NCBI RefSeq assembly: GCF_018977255.1
Contig: NW_024704743.1
Location: 107,758,001 to 107,822,000, forward strand
Source: Callorhinchus milii
Lineage: Eukaryota
Reading direction: 5' to 3'
DNA length: 64,000 bases
This document shows positions 62,542 to 64,000 of the stretch, in pieces. Position 1 is the stretch's first letter; each line of letters begins with the position of its first letter. The notes under the pieces are model-generated. The model made no database searches. It was not told where the DNA came from and saw only the letters and a list, made by a program, of their open reading frames with translations. The position numbers and the translations under genes are program-made.

Positions 62542-64000
62542 AAGAGCCCATGATTTTATTGTCACTTCAAAGAACCATGTTTGTTTGTGTGTGTGTGTGG
62601 TGGTGGGGGGGTATAGGGGGGAAGCGTTGTTCTATGCTCGAAGGATTCTTTTCCACTGCAGCAGATGGCACATCAGAGGTAAGATAACATAGGACAAGTG
62701 GCAGATGCTTCACACAGCAATATCAGAGACGTTATTTTCAGGAGAAATCCCGATTAATTAATCTCTGTCGTATTGCTCTTGCAGCTTGCTGGGCATCTTC
62801 CTTTGGTTCCACAGACTCCTGACCTGCCTTCCCTTGCCTTCCCTGCTGACCATTTCTCTGATGGCAGTAATATCTTCAAGGCTGAGGGACCTTTATCTGA
62901 GGAATAGTACTGTGGAGCATACAGAGGACCATTGAGATTCTGGCCACTTTGGAGGATCATAGAATCAAAGAAATCAGAATCAGCATAGAATCAAAACATC
63001 AAGTCCATGCTGATGTTAGCTTCTCCCCTGGAGCCATCCACCCTAATCCCAATTTCCTGGAATACTATGGATTGTAACCAAATTGATTTATAACATTCAA
63101 ATTCTGGAAAAACTTTCAGTCAGTGGCTGCTCTGCAGGAGAATGGTGATGATTCTCATCACTTAACAAGTGCTAGAAGACATTACGTCAAAGATCACAAG
63201 TTTGGTTCGGATGAAGAAGGCCCCTCGATCCATCTGATATCATTGCTCCAGAATACCCACCCTATTGTCCTCCCATCACAGCAACAAGCTGTTTTTTTTC
63301 TTTTCAAATGAGTCCAGTATTCTCACCTCAACCACCATTCCTGGTAATGGAGAATATCTACAGGCCTACAATCAGTATGGGCCTTAATAAAGCCAGGCAG
63401 TCAGTAAAGAACCCTACAGCATGAATTAATTGTGGCAGGTTGCCATTGATACAGTCTATTTACAATGTTTAGTCACACGCCACTTAGACATTCAAGGAAT
63501 GAATCCCATTTTGTTAACAAAAGCCAGGGGATTGATGGTTGAAGCCCTGAAGCTAATGTTGGTTGAATCAAGGTTGCCTTTCATTTATTTACAATTTTTG
63601 TTTACTGTGCCGAACAAAATTCATTTTGATTTGACTGTTTTTAAACATGAGACTTATTTGCTAAGTAAAACAAGATTTAAGGAATCAGCTCCCTAAGTGT
63701 AAGTTTAAAACCGTGGGAATTGATAAACCACACTGGCAACTTGAATTTGAAGGTACAGTACATTTTAGTAACAGTGAAGTGCGAATTGCTTCCAGTGTTG
63801 GTGTCAGTGGGAGTAATACATGTCTGGCTCAATGTTGCTTGAGTCAGACTATCTCACTTGATAAATGCACAGTAAAATTGCACGACACAGGACAACTTTG
63901 ACAGCTGTCACTTATGAACAAATTGACTTTGTTATCCAGAGGAGCAGTTCAAATGCACCAGCTATTTCCAGCTGTAAACAGTTACAGATGGGAAAGACAT

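Noticed and set aside
7500..64000. Exons of a downstream neighbour (CLVS1 follows CHD7 in human)
   Set aside because: No CRAL-TRIO-like or other recognisable peptide in the ORF track. Short or non-coding exons cannot be excluded.

Overview
Vertebrate nuclear DNA. The SINE/LINE repertoire suggests a cartilaginous fish, probably a chimaera such as Callorhinchus (inference, no database available). The window holds the last two coding exons of CHD7 on the + strand (1251-1355 and 2698-3624) and a long, transposon-free 3' UTR region. The remaining ~56 kb is intergenic and packed with mobile elements: a young tRNA-headed SINE with an L2-type tail, older DeuSINE-like elements, L2 and CR1 fragments, a degraded L1-like relic, a probable solo LTR and a Tc1/pogo-like MITE carrying a young CR1. 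Several TE-free, motif-rich blocks look like enhancers. I see no other protein-coding gene and cannot support a wholly new biological system. The most interesting items are an unidentified poly(A)-tailed repeat in three copies (two forming a ~600 bp inverted pair around a CTCF-like motif), the modular SINE that shares its tail with a local L2, a CR1 whose 5' junction lands on the homologous motif of its L2 host, and candidate CHD7 cis-regulatory elements. Repeat family names come from my recall of consensus sequences, and boundaries of old repeats are approximate.
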